NCBI RefSeq assembly: GCF_004010195.1
Contig: NC_057728.1
Location: forward strand, 45,038,286 to 45,102,285
DNA length: 64,000 bases
Reading direction: 5' to 3'
Source: Chiloscyllium plagiosum
Taxonomy: Eukaryota
The translations under genes were made by a program, and so were the position numbers. Positions 48,960 through 61,575 of this stretch are shown here, one piece after another. Position 1 is the stretch's first letter. Every line of letters starts with the position of its first letter. The notes under the pieces were generated by a model that had not been told where the DNA came from, did no database searches, and saw nothing but the letters and a program-made list of their open reading frames with translations.

Positions 48960-51830
48960 GGATGCTTTGTCGTAATGACTGAAGAATTATATTTTTGTCG
49001 ACTTTCCTTTTCTTCCCATGGATAGGGGACAGTGAGACCAAACTTGGTTACAAGGCTTAGCTCCTTAATCAATTTACTGATCTCTCTTGGAAAATAAATT
49101 GAGTCTAATTTGATCAATGCATGTCTCAGCAGGTACTCTGGAATGGTTCCATGGGTGAGAAATTTCAATCATGATGATAGATTCGAGAAGTTGGGACTGT
49201 TCTATTGGAGAGGAGAAGGCTAAAAGGAGATTTTATGAAGGCTTTCAAAATCTTGACAGGCCAGCAAAGAGCGGATGGGAAAAAAATCTGTTCCCATTTG
49301 TAGAAGAGTTGAGAACCTGAGGCACAGTTTTAGTGTGTTCTGCAAAAGAAGTTAAGGTAAACAGAGAAATGAGCGAGTAATTAGGGTATGAAATGCTCTG
49401 CCCGGACATTTGGTAGAAGGAGGTTCAGTAGAGGCATTCAAAAAGGCATTAGATAATTGTTAAAAATGAAATAATGTGCAAGGTTATTAGGAAAAGGTTG
49501 AAGTTTTGCCCTCAGTTAAAATACTCAGAGAATCAGCACAGACACAGTGGGCTGAACAGTCTCCTCCATTTTAACAATTCTGAGATTCTGCAATGCTGTG
49601 TTAATGAGGTGATCTCTCCTCATTCCAGATTAGGCAAAGATGAAGAACAAATGTCAAAGATATCAACTCAATGAACTTGTGATAGCCAAGTGGGACTGAA
49701 AGATTTCTGCCCCATTCTTCATGCTTGCTTCATCCTAAAATGCAGAATGTTACTTGCATTTTTTTGTAAGGACACGTATTGCAATGATCTAGTATGCTGG
49801 TGTTCAAAACAAATCTTTCACTCTTCATGAATATTAGCTACAAAGCAAAATAGTTTGTGTTGAAATAATGAAAAACACTATTGTTCTTTTGTTGTTTACA
49901 ACCCAACTCTCATTGGAAAGCTAATAACTGTGTTATCGCTGTCATCCAGCTCCTCCACATTCAATGCTGATGTTTCTTATTATTATTCTTGGCATATTAA
50001 GAGACACTAGCATAGTATATACCTAATTAAAGCATGTAAAATACTTTTCTTTCACAAGTCACTTCATTCACTTGTCGAAAATATATACAGTGTAGAATCA
50101 AATTGGAATTGCATTTAACTATTTTTAAAGATGAATCACAACACATCACAAAGGAACATAGTAGAGTTACTTTAATGCAGTTTCAAATCAGGCACATTAT
50201 CTTAAATGAAATACATGCAATGATGTTAAGATTGTTTATTGCTGAATGAATAATTATATTTAACTATTTATTAGCATTCAACATAGCAACTGTGACAATC
50301 ACTTTGGTTGGCTGCAACATTGTTCACCAGAAATAAATAAGGAGCTAATTTTGAGGTTTTCTTGAGTGAAAAAAGGTCAATTTTATTATTTGCTAACTCC
50401 AAGGAAAACAATAAAGATTCAAATGTCATCCATAGACATGGATGGCAAGTTAAAAAAGGAATAGTACCCAGGATCAAAAGGAAGATAAAAATAATCTGAG
50501 ACCATGGTTGGTTGGGTTGTCATGGATTAATTGCAGTCTGAATATTACAGGCATCTTTGAGTTCAGTGTTCAGATGTTTGTCTCCAGTTTGCATTATTAT
50601 TACTGGCAGTTTTGTCCTTCAAGAGGCTGCAAGAAATTTTTCCAGTCACAAGTTCATCTTCTTGACTTCGATCAAAAGCAGCTGTCTGAAATCTTCAGTT
50701 TACCTATTCAAATGTCTGAACTTTTGTTTGTTTTCTAGCGCAATAATTGCAGGTGACTTCTTCTAAATCTCAAACATGAACATAAAGATTTAAATTATAA
50801 ATGAAATACAGGTCTGGTTCACTGAATCACTTGTTTAATAAAATCAAATGTTAATTTCCATTCAGACTGCTCATTTATTGATGGTTTCATAATGCTTACC
50901 TCAAGCCTGTGTTCAGGCAATTACTATGACCTTTTTTAAGTCAATGATTTTTTCCATTTTTGAAATAATTTCAGTTCATGAAAGTCCCAGGTGTTAAAAT
51001 CAAATTATGGAGGTTGAAAATTGATTGTCCATATTTTACCACTATCATAACAATACCTATATATATGCCAGCAATTAACTCGGATTCCAGTTCTGACATG
51101 TTCAAGTAGAGAAAACTGTTTGTAGTGGCAGGAGACTGAATAATAAAATTTCATGGCATTTTAAATATTGCACGAGAACATAACTTATAGCTGTGTGACA
51201 AAAATATATGATCTGTCTATTCTTGGCCCTAGAGTAGTTCATTTAATGCTATCATAATATCTGGTATGACACTTTATGATCTGAAAGATCCCACCAGCAC
51301 TGGTGTGGAGAGGAACCTCATTTTGCTCCAATACCTAAAAGCTATCCCAACTTTTTTTTTCTGGGGCCAGAGTGATTACTACTATTTGATCAAATGCACA
51401 ATGGGAATTCAGCCAACAAGGATTGGAGAGGATACGTTTGGGGAAGGAAAGAGGAATAAGATCACTGCAGTGTGCCTCAAGCAAACCTGCCAAAGGAATG
51501 TCTGGCAGTGTCAGGAATCCAAAATGTTCCCCAGTGCATTTGCCAGTGAATTTTCACTGTGTTTGCATCTGATTTCTAGGTTTCCCAAGCAGAGACTTCA
51601 GGCATTATGATAGTCTTCATCAATAATAAGAAGAACAAGTAAGGCTGGAAAGACTCAACAGGTCAGGCAGCATCTGTGGAGAGAAACAGTAACATTTCAG
51701 ATCAAGATCAATTGTCATTTTGGTGAAATGTAGACTCAGTTTTATTTCATAGCTGTTGCCTGACCTGCTGCATATTTCCAACTTGCATTTTTCTTATTTT
51801 AGATTTTTAGCATCCATAATATTTTGTTTT

Positions 51831-51890
51831 CATTTGACAGGTTGTTTCAGCTCCAATATTCATTTAACAGGTTGTTTCAGCTCCAATATT
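51831..51890. repeat. 30-bp tandem duplication
   Basis: cattt(g/a)acaggttgtttcagctccaatatt x2. Confidence 0.9.
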
Positions 51891-51999
51891 GAAAACGATC
51901 CTGCAAAGGCCAAAATTGAAAATTTACAAATCCATTGCAATAAAGCCAAGAACTACACAAGTGGTGGCTCAAGCTGACACACAATGTTTATTTTCACAT

Positions 52000-53260
52000 T
52001 ATTCCTTCCTGTGATGTGAATGTCACGCATATATGGAGGCACACCCATCCCTAATTTTCCTGAATAAGGTGTTGCTGAGATGCCTCGCTAAGTTTCTGCA
52101 ATACTTAGTGGCACAGGAAAAGCACAGTAGGACAGGAAGCATCAGAGGAGAAGGAGAATCAACATTTCAGGCATAAGCCCTTCATCAATTCTGCTTCTCG
52201 GATGCTGCCTGACCTACCATGCTTTTAGAGCACTGTACTTTGCAACATCTGCGGTCCTCACTTTCTCCTTAGGGGTTAAGTACACCAATAGTGCCATTAG
52301 GAAGATTGTTCCAGGATCTTGTTCCAGCAGTAGTCCCAGGTCAGGATTTTGTGTAAACTGGAGTGGATGCTGATGGTGAGTGTTCTTAGAATTGCACCCA
52401 TCCAGGCAGGTGGGGAATGTTCCATCAAACTCCTGACTTATACTTTGTAGGTAGTGGATCGGCTTTGGGAAGAGAAGAGGTAGACTTGCTCACCACAGAA
52501 ATTCCAGCCTCTGACCTGCTACTGTAACTTGTATTCATGTGGGCAGTCCAGTTCAGTTTCTGGTAAACGATAACACGGTAAACCAATTCTCCACTGCCAC
52601 ACACCCCCACCGCCACCACCATAATCTTGATAATGGAAGCCATTAAACATTAAGGGAAATGGTTAGATTCCCTTTTGTTGGAATTGTCATTGCCTGACAC
52701 TTGTGTTGTGTAATTGTTACTTGCTACTTATCAGTCAAGGTAGACAGGCAGGAGGCTGGAAGAACACAGCAAGCCAAGCAGCATCAGGAGGTGGAAAAGT
52801 CAACATTTTAGGTGTAACCCTCCTTCACGTTGACTGCTCCATCTCCTGATGCTGCCTGGCTTGCTGCGTTCTTCCAGCCTCCTGCCTGTCTACTTTGGAT
52901 TCCAGCATCTGCAGTCTTTTTGTGAATTAACAGCCAAAGTCAGGATATTACGAAGGTTTCGCTGCATGTCGACATGGACCGCTTCCATATCTGAGGACTC
53001 TCAAATAGTGTTGGATGTTGTGCAACCTTCACAAAAAAAAATTCTTCAGTCTCGCCTAGTGATGGGGAATAGGTTATCAATAAAGCAGCTGAAGGTGATT
53101 GGGCCTGGAACAGTATCCTGAGAAAAACCTGCTAACTCAGATTGTCCTGCGACTGAGATTATTGATCTTCAGCAACCACAGCCATCTTCTTTTTGTGAGG
53201 TCTGATTCCAATCAGTGAAGAATTTTTCCCCAATTCCCATTGACTCCACTTTCCCTGAAC
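52000..53260 (-). mobile_element. LINE fragment with two nested PLE palindromes (about 52115-52270 and 52741-52920)
   Basis: Homologous to 4299-4795 and 58360-58920; the nested arms match family A or its subfamily. Confidence 0.6.
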
Positions 53261-53264
53261 ATTA

Positions 53265-53450
53265 TGCTGTGAGCAGTGAGGGCCACCAGGGAGATTCTGC
53301 TCCCTGGAAACGGAAGAAAGAAGGAATCTTCAAGTATGAATATTGCACAGTTGAAAGTAGCCAACGAGTTGAGCAGCAATAAGAAATGCCTCACTCCTGA
53401 AGGTAATGCTATAAAACCTTCAATGACGTGATCAGGGCAGGAAAGGTGAG
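53265..53450 (+). mobile_element. PIF/Harbinger Myb/SANT-like ORF remnant
   Basis: AVRATREILLPGNGRK...KVANELS...(frameshift)CYKTFNDVIRAGK then |gtgagt; resembles the QCxKxFNDL motif. Confidence 0.45.
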
Positions 53451-53920
53451 TTTAAGGCATATTCAAGTAAAAAAATCACATAACTCTGCTTCTATGGTAC
53501 AATCATTGTGATACCAGCGCAACCTATAAGCACACTCATCCTTCACTGTCTGAGTGACTCCTCACATTCATATCTGTGGGCACTATTGACATTTACTCTC
53601 ATTTTATGGCAATCTCACAGCTGTCCAACACAATGACTCTCCACACATGTTGAGCTTGGGTTCTCTCAAAGCATTTTAATTCTCTCAGTCACAAATCTCT
53701 TTCAAAGGCAAAGAACCAGAGGCAAAGTTGGCCTTTCAGGCATTTTCATCTCAGACACTGTGTGGGAAGACTTATTCTTAATGTTTCAGTATTCAGTTTA
53801 ATTAATGTTTCACAGAATCCTGATGGGTTATTTGGTCCATCGAGTCCATACCCACCCTCCGAGGAGCAGCTCACCCAGACCCAGCCCATCCCTGTAACCC
53901 AACATTTCCCATGGCTAATT

Positions 53921-54148
53921 CAGAGCTGAAAATGTGTTGCTGGAAAAGCGCAGCAGGTCAGGCAGCATCCAAGGAACAGGAGAATCGACGTTTCTGGCAT
54001 AAGCCCTTCTTCAGGAAGAAGGGCCTGAAGAAGGGCTTATGCCCGAAACGTCGATTCTCCTGTTCCTTGGATGCTGCATGACCTGCTTCGCTTTTCCAGC
54101 AACACATTTTCAGCTCTGATCTCCAGCATCTGCAGTCCTCACTTTCTC
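53921..54148. mobile_element. Young palindromic PLE terminus, family A
   Basis: 96-bp arms (53920-54015 / 54024-54119) with 3 mismatches; TSD cccatg(g/c)ctaattca. Confidence 0.85.
54024..54054 (+). ncRNA. Minimal hammerhead ribozyme motif (PLE family A)
   Basis: C-CUGAAGA-A-GGGC(UUAU)GCCC-GAAA-CGUC/GA; the 5' strand of stem I is truncated. Confidence 0.6.
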
Positions 54149-56749
54149 CCCATGCCTAATTCACCCAACCTACATATCCCTGGACACAATGGGTAATTTA
54201 GCATGGCTGGACACAATGGGCAATTTAGCATGGCCAATCCACATGCCTTTCACATCTTTGGACCGTGGGAAGATACTGGAGCACCAGAGGTTTCATTATT
54301 AATTTTCCAGAGAAGAGGTAAGCCAGATTTCCACATTGCTAACATTGGTAACAGGAAGATTTGCAGCTACACAGTGAGAGAAGTAATTATGATGGAGCCA
54401 TATAACATACAACAGTCATTTCCACTAACTTGATGTCCACAGCTACTGAAATGTGATGCTCTGTACAATAATGACATTGAGTCATTTAACCTTGTCAGTT
54501 TGGATTGATCTCTTTCACTTTCCGGAAAGTGAAATTGTCCCCTTGGTGGTGGTGCCAGAGAAGGGAAAAAACTTCCCAAAGGAAGTCATCCACACTGAGA
54601 ATGTGAGGACCCATATAAATTTTCTAGCAGCTCACTTGCAAACCTCAGCAGAGCCTCCAAGGTAGGTAGTTACGATGACAGACAGTATAAAAAGAATTCA
54701 TAAGTGATGGACACAGGGACAGCAACCTGTGTCAGAGAGTGTAGCATCTTCCAAGCTCTACTTAAATGGACACAGATGCCTAATCTCTTGGGTAATCATT
54801 CAAAAGGGATAGGCTGGAGCAGCAGCAGGAAGTTAGTAAAGTTTCGTCAGCGTTTCCAGTCACACAATGTATAACTATAGAGAGATTGAAGGAATCCTTC
54901 TCAAACATACTATACTGTTGCAAACCTTTGCACTAATGCCTATTTGAACAAAAAAGAGTGATCACCTGCAATGCATCAGTCTAGCGAGTGCATGCTGGCC
55001 CTCACTTGCACATTCATTCATACATCATCGTAGTAAAGATTAAGGAAAACCTTAACTTGGCCATTCAGTGACTCATAGCAATGCAGCAAAGTGTTCTCTC
55101 CTTCCTAGATAGCAGTGACATGTCCATGTGCCATGAGAGGGAAGGTGAGAGCTTTGAATAAATGGAAGTAAGGTCTCTGTTCAAACTATTGACAGTAATA
55201 ACTATCAATGGACTTTGGATTAGCACTTCACATCTACCTAGGATACTGTATAGAATGACAAATTGTGATGTATACTGTTGATCCAAGAGTTGCATCTTTA
55301 CTACTGCAGCACATTAACAATTAAAGAAATTTCTGAATATAAGCTAAAACATTAAGTGGATTTAGTCAGCATTTAAAAGGATACCCCAATACATGTAAGG
55401 ATGCATTGTTAAATGCTAAGGAATAAGACAAAATTAAGCAGAAGAACCCGAGAAGATAAAGTGATGAGATACAAATGAACAATGAGAGAGACGCTCCATG
55501 AAATATAACAAACAATAATCACTCTCTCTTCAGTCCATAATCAGTTGAGTATCGCTTATCTCAATGATTCATTTTTACAAGTGGATAAGTAAACAATACA
55601 CTGTGAAACATTAAACACTGAATACCACACATTTTCTGATCAGTTGTGCTAGTTGCTCAGTACAGAGTGGAGATCAGAAATTTGATAAATAGGACAAATA
55701 AAAAATGTGCTACTTTTGTTTGTCCGGTTGCACTTGTTAGTCAATGATAAAGTTCGAAATGTACTCATTCAGTGCCTTACGCAAAATATGACTCAAAGGG
55801 ATTGGAAGCTCACAACACCAGGACATTGGAATATTAATTTAGACTAAGCGCAAGCCAAGGGAATCAACAACATTTGAAAAATTGCCAACACAGTGATGCA
55901 GAAATCAAATGTGTATCTTCAAGTGAAATCGCTTGGAAAGCTGCAAATAAATATTCTCAAAGTGTTGACTGATTCAGTACAATAGAGAAAACAAAGCGTC
56001 AATAACTGTTGCCCCTAATGTTACATCAATATACGATACAAAAACAGGGAGAGGTAGTGGTTCAGTGGTAATGTCATTGGGCTAGAAATTCTGAACCCCA
56101 AGCTAATGTTCTGAGGAAATGGATTTAAATCCCACCATGGCAAATGATGAAATTTGAATTTTAATAATAAAAAAAAGCTGGAATAAGTAACTAGGTTAAT
56201 GGCAACAACGTAACACCTGTCAATAGTTGTAAACACCCATCGGCTTCATTAACATCCATTAGTGAAGGACAGCTACCATCCTTACCATGACTGGCCTCAA
56301 TGTGACTCCAGACCCACAGGAATGTGATTGGCTCCAAACTGCCCTTTGGGCATTTAGGGATGAGCAATGAATGTGTGCCGTGCCAGCAAAACCCTGATTT
56401 GTTTAACAATGGTCAGGAGGGGCACAAAAAAATGAATAACCAGGGTTATGGATAACTTGAGGCCTTTTTTTATATAAGAGACAGCAGTCGAACAGTCTTA
56501 ATTCACACCCATCAGAGCAGTTGCAAGAATGCCAACTTTCAAAGGGAGCAGCTATTTATATTGTTATAAAGATCTATACTCCAAGAGAAAAAGCTGCTGA
56601 TTAATGGCAAGTTGACTCTGATTGGTTGAAGAGTTGCCATGGAGAAAGCACCATAGAATTATTATCCCACCACACTGTCAATTAATTCAGGAATGGCACA
56701 ATGCCTGGAATGTGCCAAGTACTTTACAGAAATGTTTACTCTTCATCAT

Positions 56750-56935
56750 AGGCTGGTACAATTGCAACATTTAAGAGGCATTTGGATGGATATATGAATA
56801 GGAAGGGTTTGGAGGGATATGGGCCAGGTGCTGGCAGGTAGGACTAGATTGGGTTGGGATATCTGGTCGGCATGGACGGGTTGGACCGAAGGGTCTGTTT
56901 CCATGCTGTACATCTCTATGATTCTATGATTCTAT
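56750..56935 (+). mobile_element. CR1/HER1 LINE 3' end
   Basis: Ends ttggaccgaagggtctgtttccatgctgta with a (ctatgatt)n tail. Confidence 0.8.
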
Positions 56936-57029
56936 ATGGAGATAATGACTATGCTCCAAACCCCCAAAACTACCTTCTCAGTTCTCTGCCTGAAGGCAAA
57001 TCAAAACCACAGAACCATCAGGACGAAGG

Positions 57030-57625
57030 TATGAAAGTACAACAATGCCTTTGTTTCCTCAGGACATTGAGAAAAATTGCCATGTCTATAAAGGCTCTTG
57101 CCAATTTTTATAGATGCATCATAGAAAGCATCCTATCTGGATGCATCATGACCTGGTCTGGCAACTGCTCAGCCCAGAACCATAAAAACCCACAGAGAGT
57201 TGTCAACAGAGCCCAGTCCATCACGCAAGCCAACCTTCCATCCATTGACTCGATGTACCCTTTTCGCTGCATCAGGAAGGCAGCCTACATCATCAAAGAT
57301 CCCTCCCACTCTCGTTATAATCTCTTCCAACTTCTTCCATCGGGCTGAAGATACAAAAGCTTAAACACATGTACCAAAAGATTCAAGAACAGCTTCTTCC
57401 CCACTGTTATTAGACTTCTGAATGGACTTCTCAAATTTTAAATTTAACGTTGATCTCATTCTCCGAGCACCTTGTCTGCAACCATAACATTGTATTCCCT
57501 GCGTTGTATTCCTCGCTGTTCTATTACCTTAATTCATTTGTATGGTATGACCTGCCTATACTGTACACAAAACCAAAACTTTTCACTGCAATCTGGTACA
57601 TGTGACAATAATAAGTCAAAAAAAA
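57030..57625 (+). mobile_element. Rex1/Babar-type LINE 3' fragment
   Basis: QQCLCFLRTLRK...ANFYRCIIESILSGCIMTWSGNCS...IIKDPSH...FQLLPSG; 3' end ggtacatgtgacaataa as at 39665 (-). Confidence 0.8.
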
Positions 57626-58359
57626 GCATGGAGAAAGATCCTTAAACCATGCTATCCAGCCAACTAGCCCCTCTTTAAGAAGCCTCATTCACTTTGAAAA
57701 CATCCACTTTTACTTGCATGTTGTACTTTTGAACATAGTGATGATAGAGGGACCAGTATTATTTTTCTCCATTTCATAGATTATAACAAATGTCTTCCAT
57801 TCTTACCATCTGCTATTGCTGTTTGAAAGAAAGATTGACAGATTGCTGCTCACTGTTTTTGTTTTATTATGATTGTACATTCCACGGCTATCAAGTCCTG
57901 GATTTGGAAAAAGAATGCATAACCTCTGGTTCAAAAGGAGGGACACGATCCACTGCTCTGCATTATGTTCCTTTGCAAAATAGCAGCTATCCTTTCTTCA
58001 AGTACCTTTCCAAATAAAATGTTTAAAAGTTATTTGAAAAAATTTCCACCCCCCCCCCCCCCCCCCCGCCCCACCTCCCCACCACAAAATTTCTGCAGCA
58101 AAATCTTTCGAAGGCATTAACTTTTGTCAGAGCATCAGACTTGAGTCCCACTTACTACACTGGGAGCAAAAGATGGGAAGAGAGAAATTCATTTTAGACC
58201 TCATCTGATCTCTGCTCTGCCATCAGCAAGTTGAGATATCACTTTAATACTCTGACTGGCAGGTACAAGGTATCCTTCCTGACCATTGAACAAGTTCATC
58301 CAAGGATGAGGATTCTGCTCCGCCCTACTCATATTAGCAGACTGTCATCCCAGTAATGG

Positions 58360-58920
58360 AGAAAACTTGTCCTTTACAAACTAAATGCTTTTAAAGCCAC
58401 TTATGACAAAATTGCTCATCACTGTTACTTAGTGTACAGATGATAAGCAGTCAGTAAAGTGATGAAAGGTATCACTAACAATGCTATCAAGCAGCACTCG
58501 TTTAACAATTGCCTGCTCTTTGATGCTCTGGGAAGTCAGAAGTGGGGATATTTGCTGATGATTGTACAATGTCCAGCCTCATTCATCACCCCTCAGATAC
58601 TGCAGCAAGAAGCTGTACAATATTCAGCTGTGGGCTAAACAGTGGCAAGTAACATTTGTGCCACACAAGTGCGAGACAGTGACCATCTCCAACAAGAAAT
58701 AATTTAAGTATCTCCCCTTGCTATTTAATGGCACTACCATCACCAAATCCCCCATTATCAACATCCTGTGACTACCATTGACCAGAAACTGAACTAGATG
58801 AGCCATTAAGTACTGTGGCTATAGTGGTTCAAGTGCAGTAGACCAAGAAGGTAGCTCACTGCCACCTTGGATTTGGACAATAATGTTAGACTATTCAGTG
58901 ACCCTCACATGCCATGAATG
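58360..58920 (+). mobile_element. LINE RT / 3' fragment
   Basis: IFADDCT and WAKQWQVTFVPHKC motifs; homologous to 52000-53260. Confidence 0.65.
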
Positions 58921-59042
58921 CATCTACAACTATAGGACTTGAATAGAACATAAACTAGACTACTAGCACAACATTGCTACAATGGTAACCATAGGAGAAT
59001 TCATACAGAACCATCAAACGCAGCATGACTATGAAGCCAGTT

Positions 59043-59217
59043 GAAGGAAACCTATGTAGACATTGGGAGAATGTCCAAACTCCACACATTCCTGAAGAAG
59101 GGCTAATGCCCGAAACGTCGATTCTCCTGTTCCCTAGATGCTGCCTGACCTGCTGCGCTTCTCCAGCAACACATTTCCATCTCTGATCTCCAGCATCTGC
59201 AGACCTCATTTTCTCTT
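59043..59217 (+). mobile_element. Chimeric insertion: antisense HE1 fragment plus family A PLE terminus
   Basis: Perfect 14-bp TSD ctatgaagccagtt (59029-59042 / 59218-59231). Confidence 0.78.
59088..59123 (+). ncRNA. Minimal hammerhead ribozyme motif (PLE family A)
   Basis: AUUC-CUGAAGA-A-GGGC(UAAU)GCCC-GAAA-CGUC/GAUU. Confidence 0.62.
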
Positions 59218-60609
59218 CTATGAAGCCAGTTAACTATATTTGAACTTGTCTTTGCACTGTCGTGATGCTGGTCTTTGAATTTTATACGCCATTTAAATTT
59301 TCACCCCTTACTATAGTTTTTTTATATATAGATGGTGACTCCTTGCTACAAAATGTTTTTGCCTGGACTGATCATCTTCAAATCTTCATTATTCACATGT
59401 GGATCTGAATGGTGATTGATGATGGAGTCTTGGTTCATCAGTACAGCAACTATTCTCAAACTAATTTCCACAGAAACCGCCTTCAATAATGATTAACAAT
59501 CCCAATAGAAAGAGTCTAAGATGGTTTTCTCTGTAAGAATTCTTGAAGGAAAATATGATTCCCTGAGCAGTACAAATAAATGACTGAACTTGGCAGTTTC
59601 CAGTTCCACATGCATTAGTAACTTGCTTAGAACACGCTCAGCTATTTGGAGAAAGATGTTCTCCAATGTATTATGGCATTTTAAAATCTGCATTCATTTT
59701 CAGCCACAATAAGCATGTGTGACATTCATTGTATATTGAGTATTTGTAACATTGTAAAACCTTCATTTTCACTTCTTTCTGTTTATAAACAGAAAAACAC
59801 ACCAGAGACATCACAACTCACTTGCAACTTTGTCAGTTGTCAGATAAGCGCTACACGAAGAGAAACCTGATATGTATCCTTCATCTGCTCAGTTATAATG
59901 TTGAAATTCCTCTAATTCCATTGTACAGTATTAACACAGTTACGGATTTTCACAATATTGACACTAGATTATAAAACGTTTTTGAGAGTAAAGAAATAAT
60001 TATTTCTTATAACTAGCTCTGAATAAGCTGGAAAAGAAAAAAGTAACAATAGCTCCTTCAGAAATTATGGGGTTACAGACAGTTCACAACTGTTACATTC
60101 CTGTGACCTTGGCTCATGCATTACTAAAAATTGAATCTTTGTTGTTCGCCTTTATCATTGCTTCAGCTTCCATGTATGCAATGGATAATCATGCTGCTTC
60201 CTAGGGGACGAGCATAATGTTTCTGGATAAGTATGCCAGAGGTTTGACGTTGCTGAACTGATGTTCTGAAAGCATGAATTCAAATCCCACTATAGAAACT
60301 GGGTGAATTTAAATTGAATTAATAATTTTAGGATAAAATGTTTATAGTGGTCATTAAACCATTGGGGATTGTCAGTTCATTAATGTCCTTTACAGGAGAA
60401 AATCTGCCATTTTTATCTCTGGTCTGGTGGACTTTGAATATCCAGCATTGTGGTTGAATTTTAACTACACTCTCTAATGGTTTAACAGACCACTAAGTGG
60501 ATCAAATCAAACATATTTTTGATTCGGAGATGCCGGTGTTGGACTGGGGTGTACAAAGTTAAAAATCACACAACACCAGGTTATAGTCCAACAGGTTTAA
60601 TTGGAAGCA

Positions 60610-60644
60610 CACTAGCTTTCGGAGCGATGCTCCTTCATCAGGTG
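60610..60644 (-). ncRNA. Minimal type-I hammerhead ribozyme motif (mirror copy, family B)
   Basis: Exact reverse complement of 60658-60692. Confidence 0.72.
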
Positions 60645-60657
60645 ATTGTCACCTGAT

Positions 60658-60692
60658 CACCTGATGAAGGAGCATCGCTCCGAAAGCTAGTG
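60658..60692 (+). ncRNA. Minimal type-I hammerhead ribozyme motif (PLE family B)
   Basis: CAC-CUGAUGA-A-GGAGC(AUC)GCUCC-GAAA-GCUA/GUG; stem I CAC/GUG, self-complementary AGCU stem III. Confidence 0.72.
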
Positions 60693-61575
60693 TGCTTCCA
60701 ATTAAACCTGTTGGACTATGACCTAGTGTTGTGTGATTTTTAACTTCAAACATATTTTGACCACCTTTCCCTTAGCATTCTGTACCCCACAATTTGAATC
60801 CCCTTGAGGAAATTCCATTTGTTTAAAGTGGCACTGAGAAGCTTTCTACCTGAGCTGCAATTGCATAGTCTCCATTACCTGATCTTTGTCCATTACCCAG
60901 ATAGGGCCTCAAGTAATGTCTAACACAAGAGAGTCCTGGTTGGAGGAGATACTCATTATGGAGGTCCTTTCGCTTTCTACTGAGAATCTGGAGTGGACAG
61001 TGTTGCATGTAGCAGCCCCATCTAACAAAAGATTAAATGCATTCAGTGGGCTCCTGGCCTAATGTAGTCTTTTATGACCTGGAGAAAATGGTGTTTTATA
61101 TTGCTTTTGAATGTTTTTGCTTAAGATCAACTTAGTGTTTCAAAGGGGATGCTTTTAAAATTTTAATTGCACTTCAGTCCCATGCTTCTGATCAATGGGT
61201 AACTCATGGGAGGTGCTTGGGCAGATTGGAGGGCCACCTGCATCTGCTCCTGGTCCTGGCCAAGATGGCCATCAATGTATCCAATCAGCAAGGTATGGAG
61301 GGATTTGTATCGCCCGACTGTCTTCTTCTATGATTATTTTGATGCTAAGGTGGTGTCCATGGAGAGGGAGCATATGGAGTCTGCCAGCATGTCATCATCA
61401 CCAACCATGATAGCATTTTAAATTATTTTTGATATGTTTTTATTGCCATTTTGTAAGTTTCCATTAAGCCTTTGATTTTTGTTTCTGTGACAGTGGTCTA
61501 TCAAGTGCTGTCCAGACCATTATTGCTTGTTGATTTGATAGGATAGATAGCACTGCAACACTATCTGTACCACGA

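Larger units (their letters stand above)
53812..54290 (-). mobile_element. HE1-type SINE (3' part) split by a PLE; internal 27-bp tandem duplication at about 54181-54234
   Basis: Reverse complement of the SINE core and tail on both sides of 53921-54148. Confidence 0.75.
60520..60745. mobile_element. Young palindromic PLE terminus, family B
   Basis: 91-bp arms (60556-60646 / 60656-60746) with 2 mismatches; TSD tcaaacatatttt. Confidence 0.85.

Noticed and set aside
53920..54119. MITE, pre-miRNA or terminator interpretation of the palindromes
   Set aside because: Variable 8-16 bp TSDs, a one-sided tail, single-arm copies and linkage to a GIY-YIG remnant fit PLE termini better.
56854..57348. 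164-aa ORF as a host gene
   Set aside because: It is a chance fusion of a CR1 tail and a Rex1/Babar ORF fragment.
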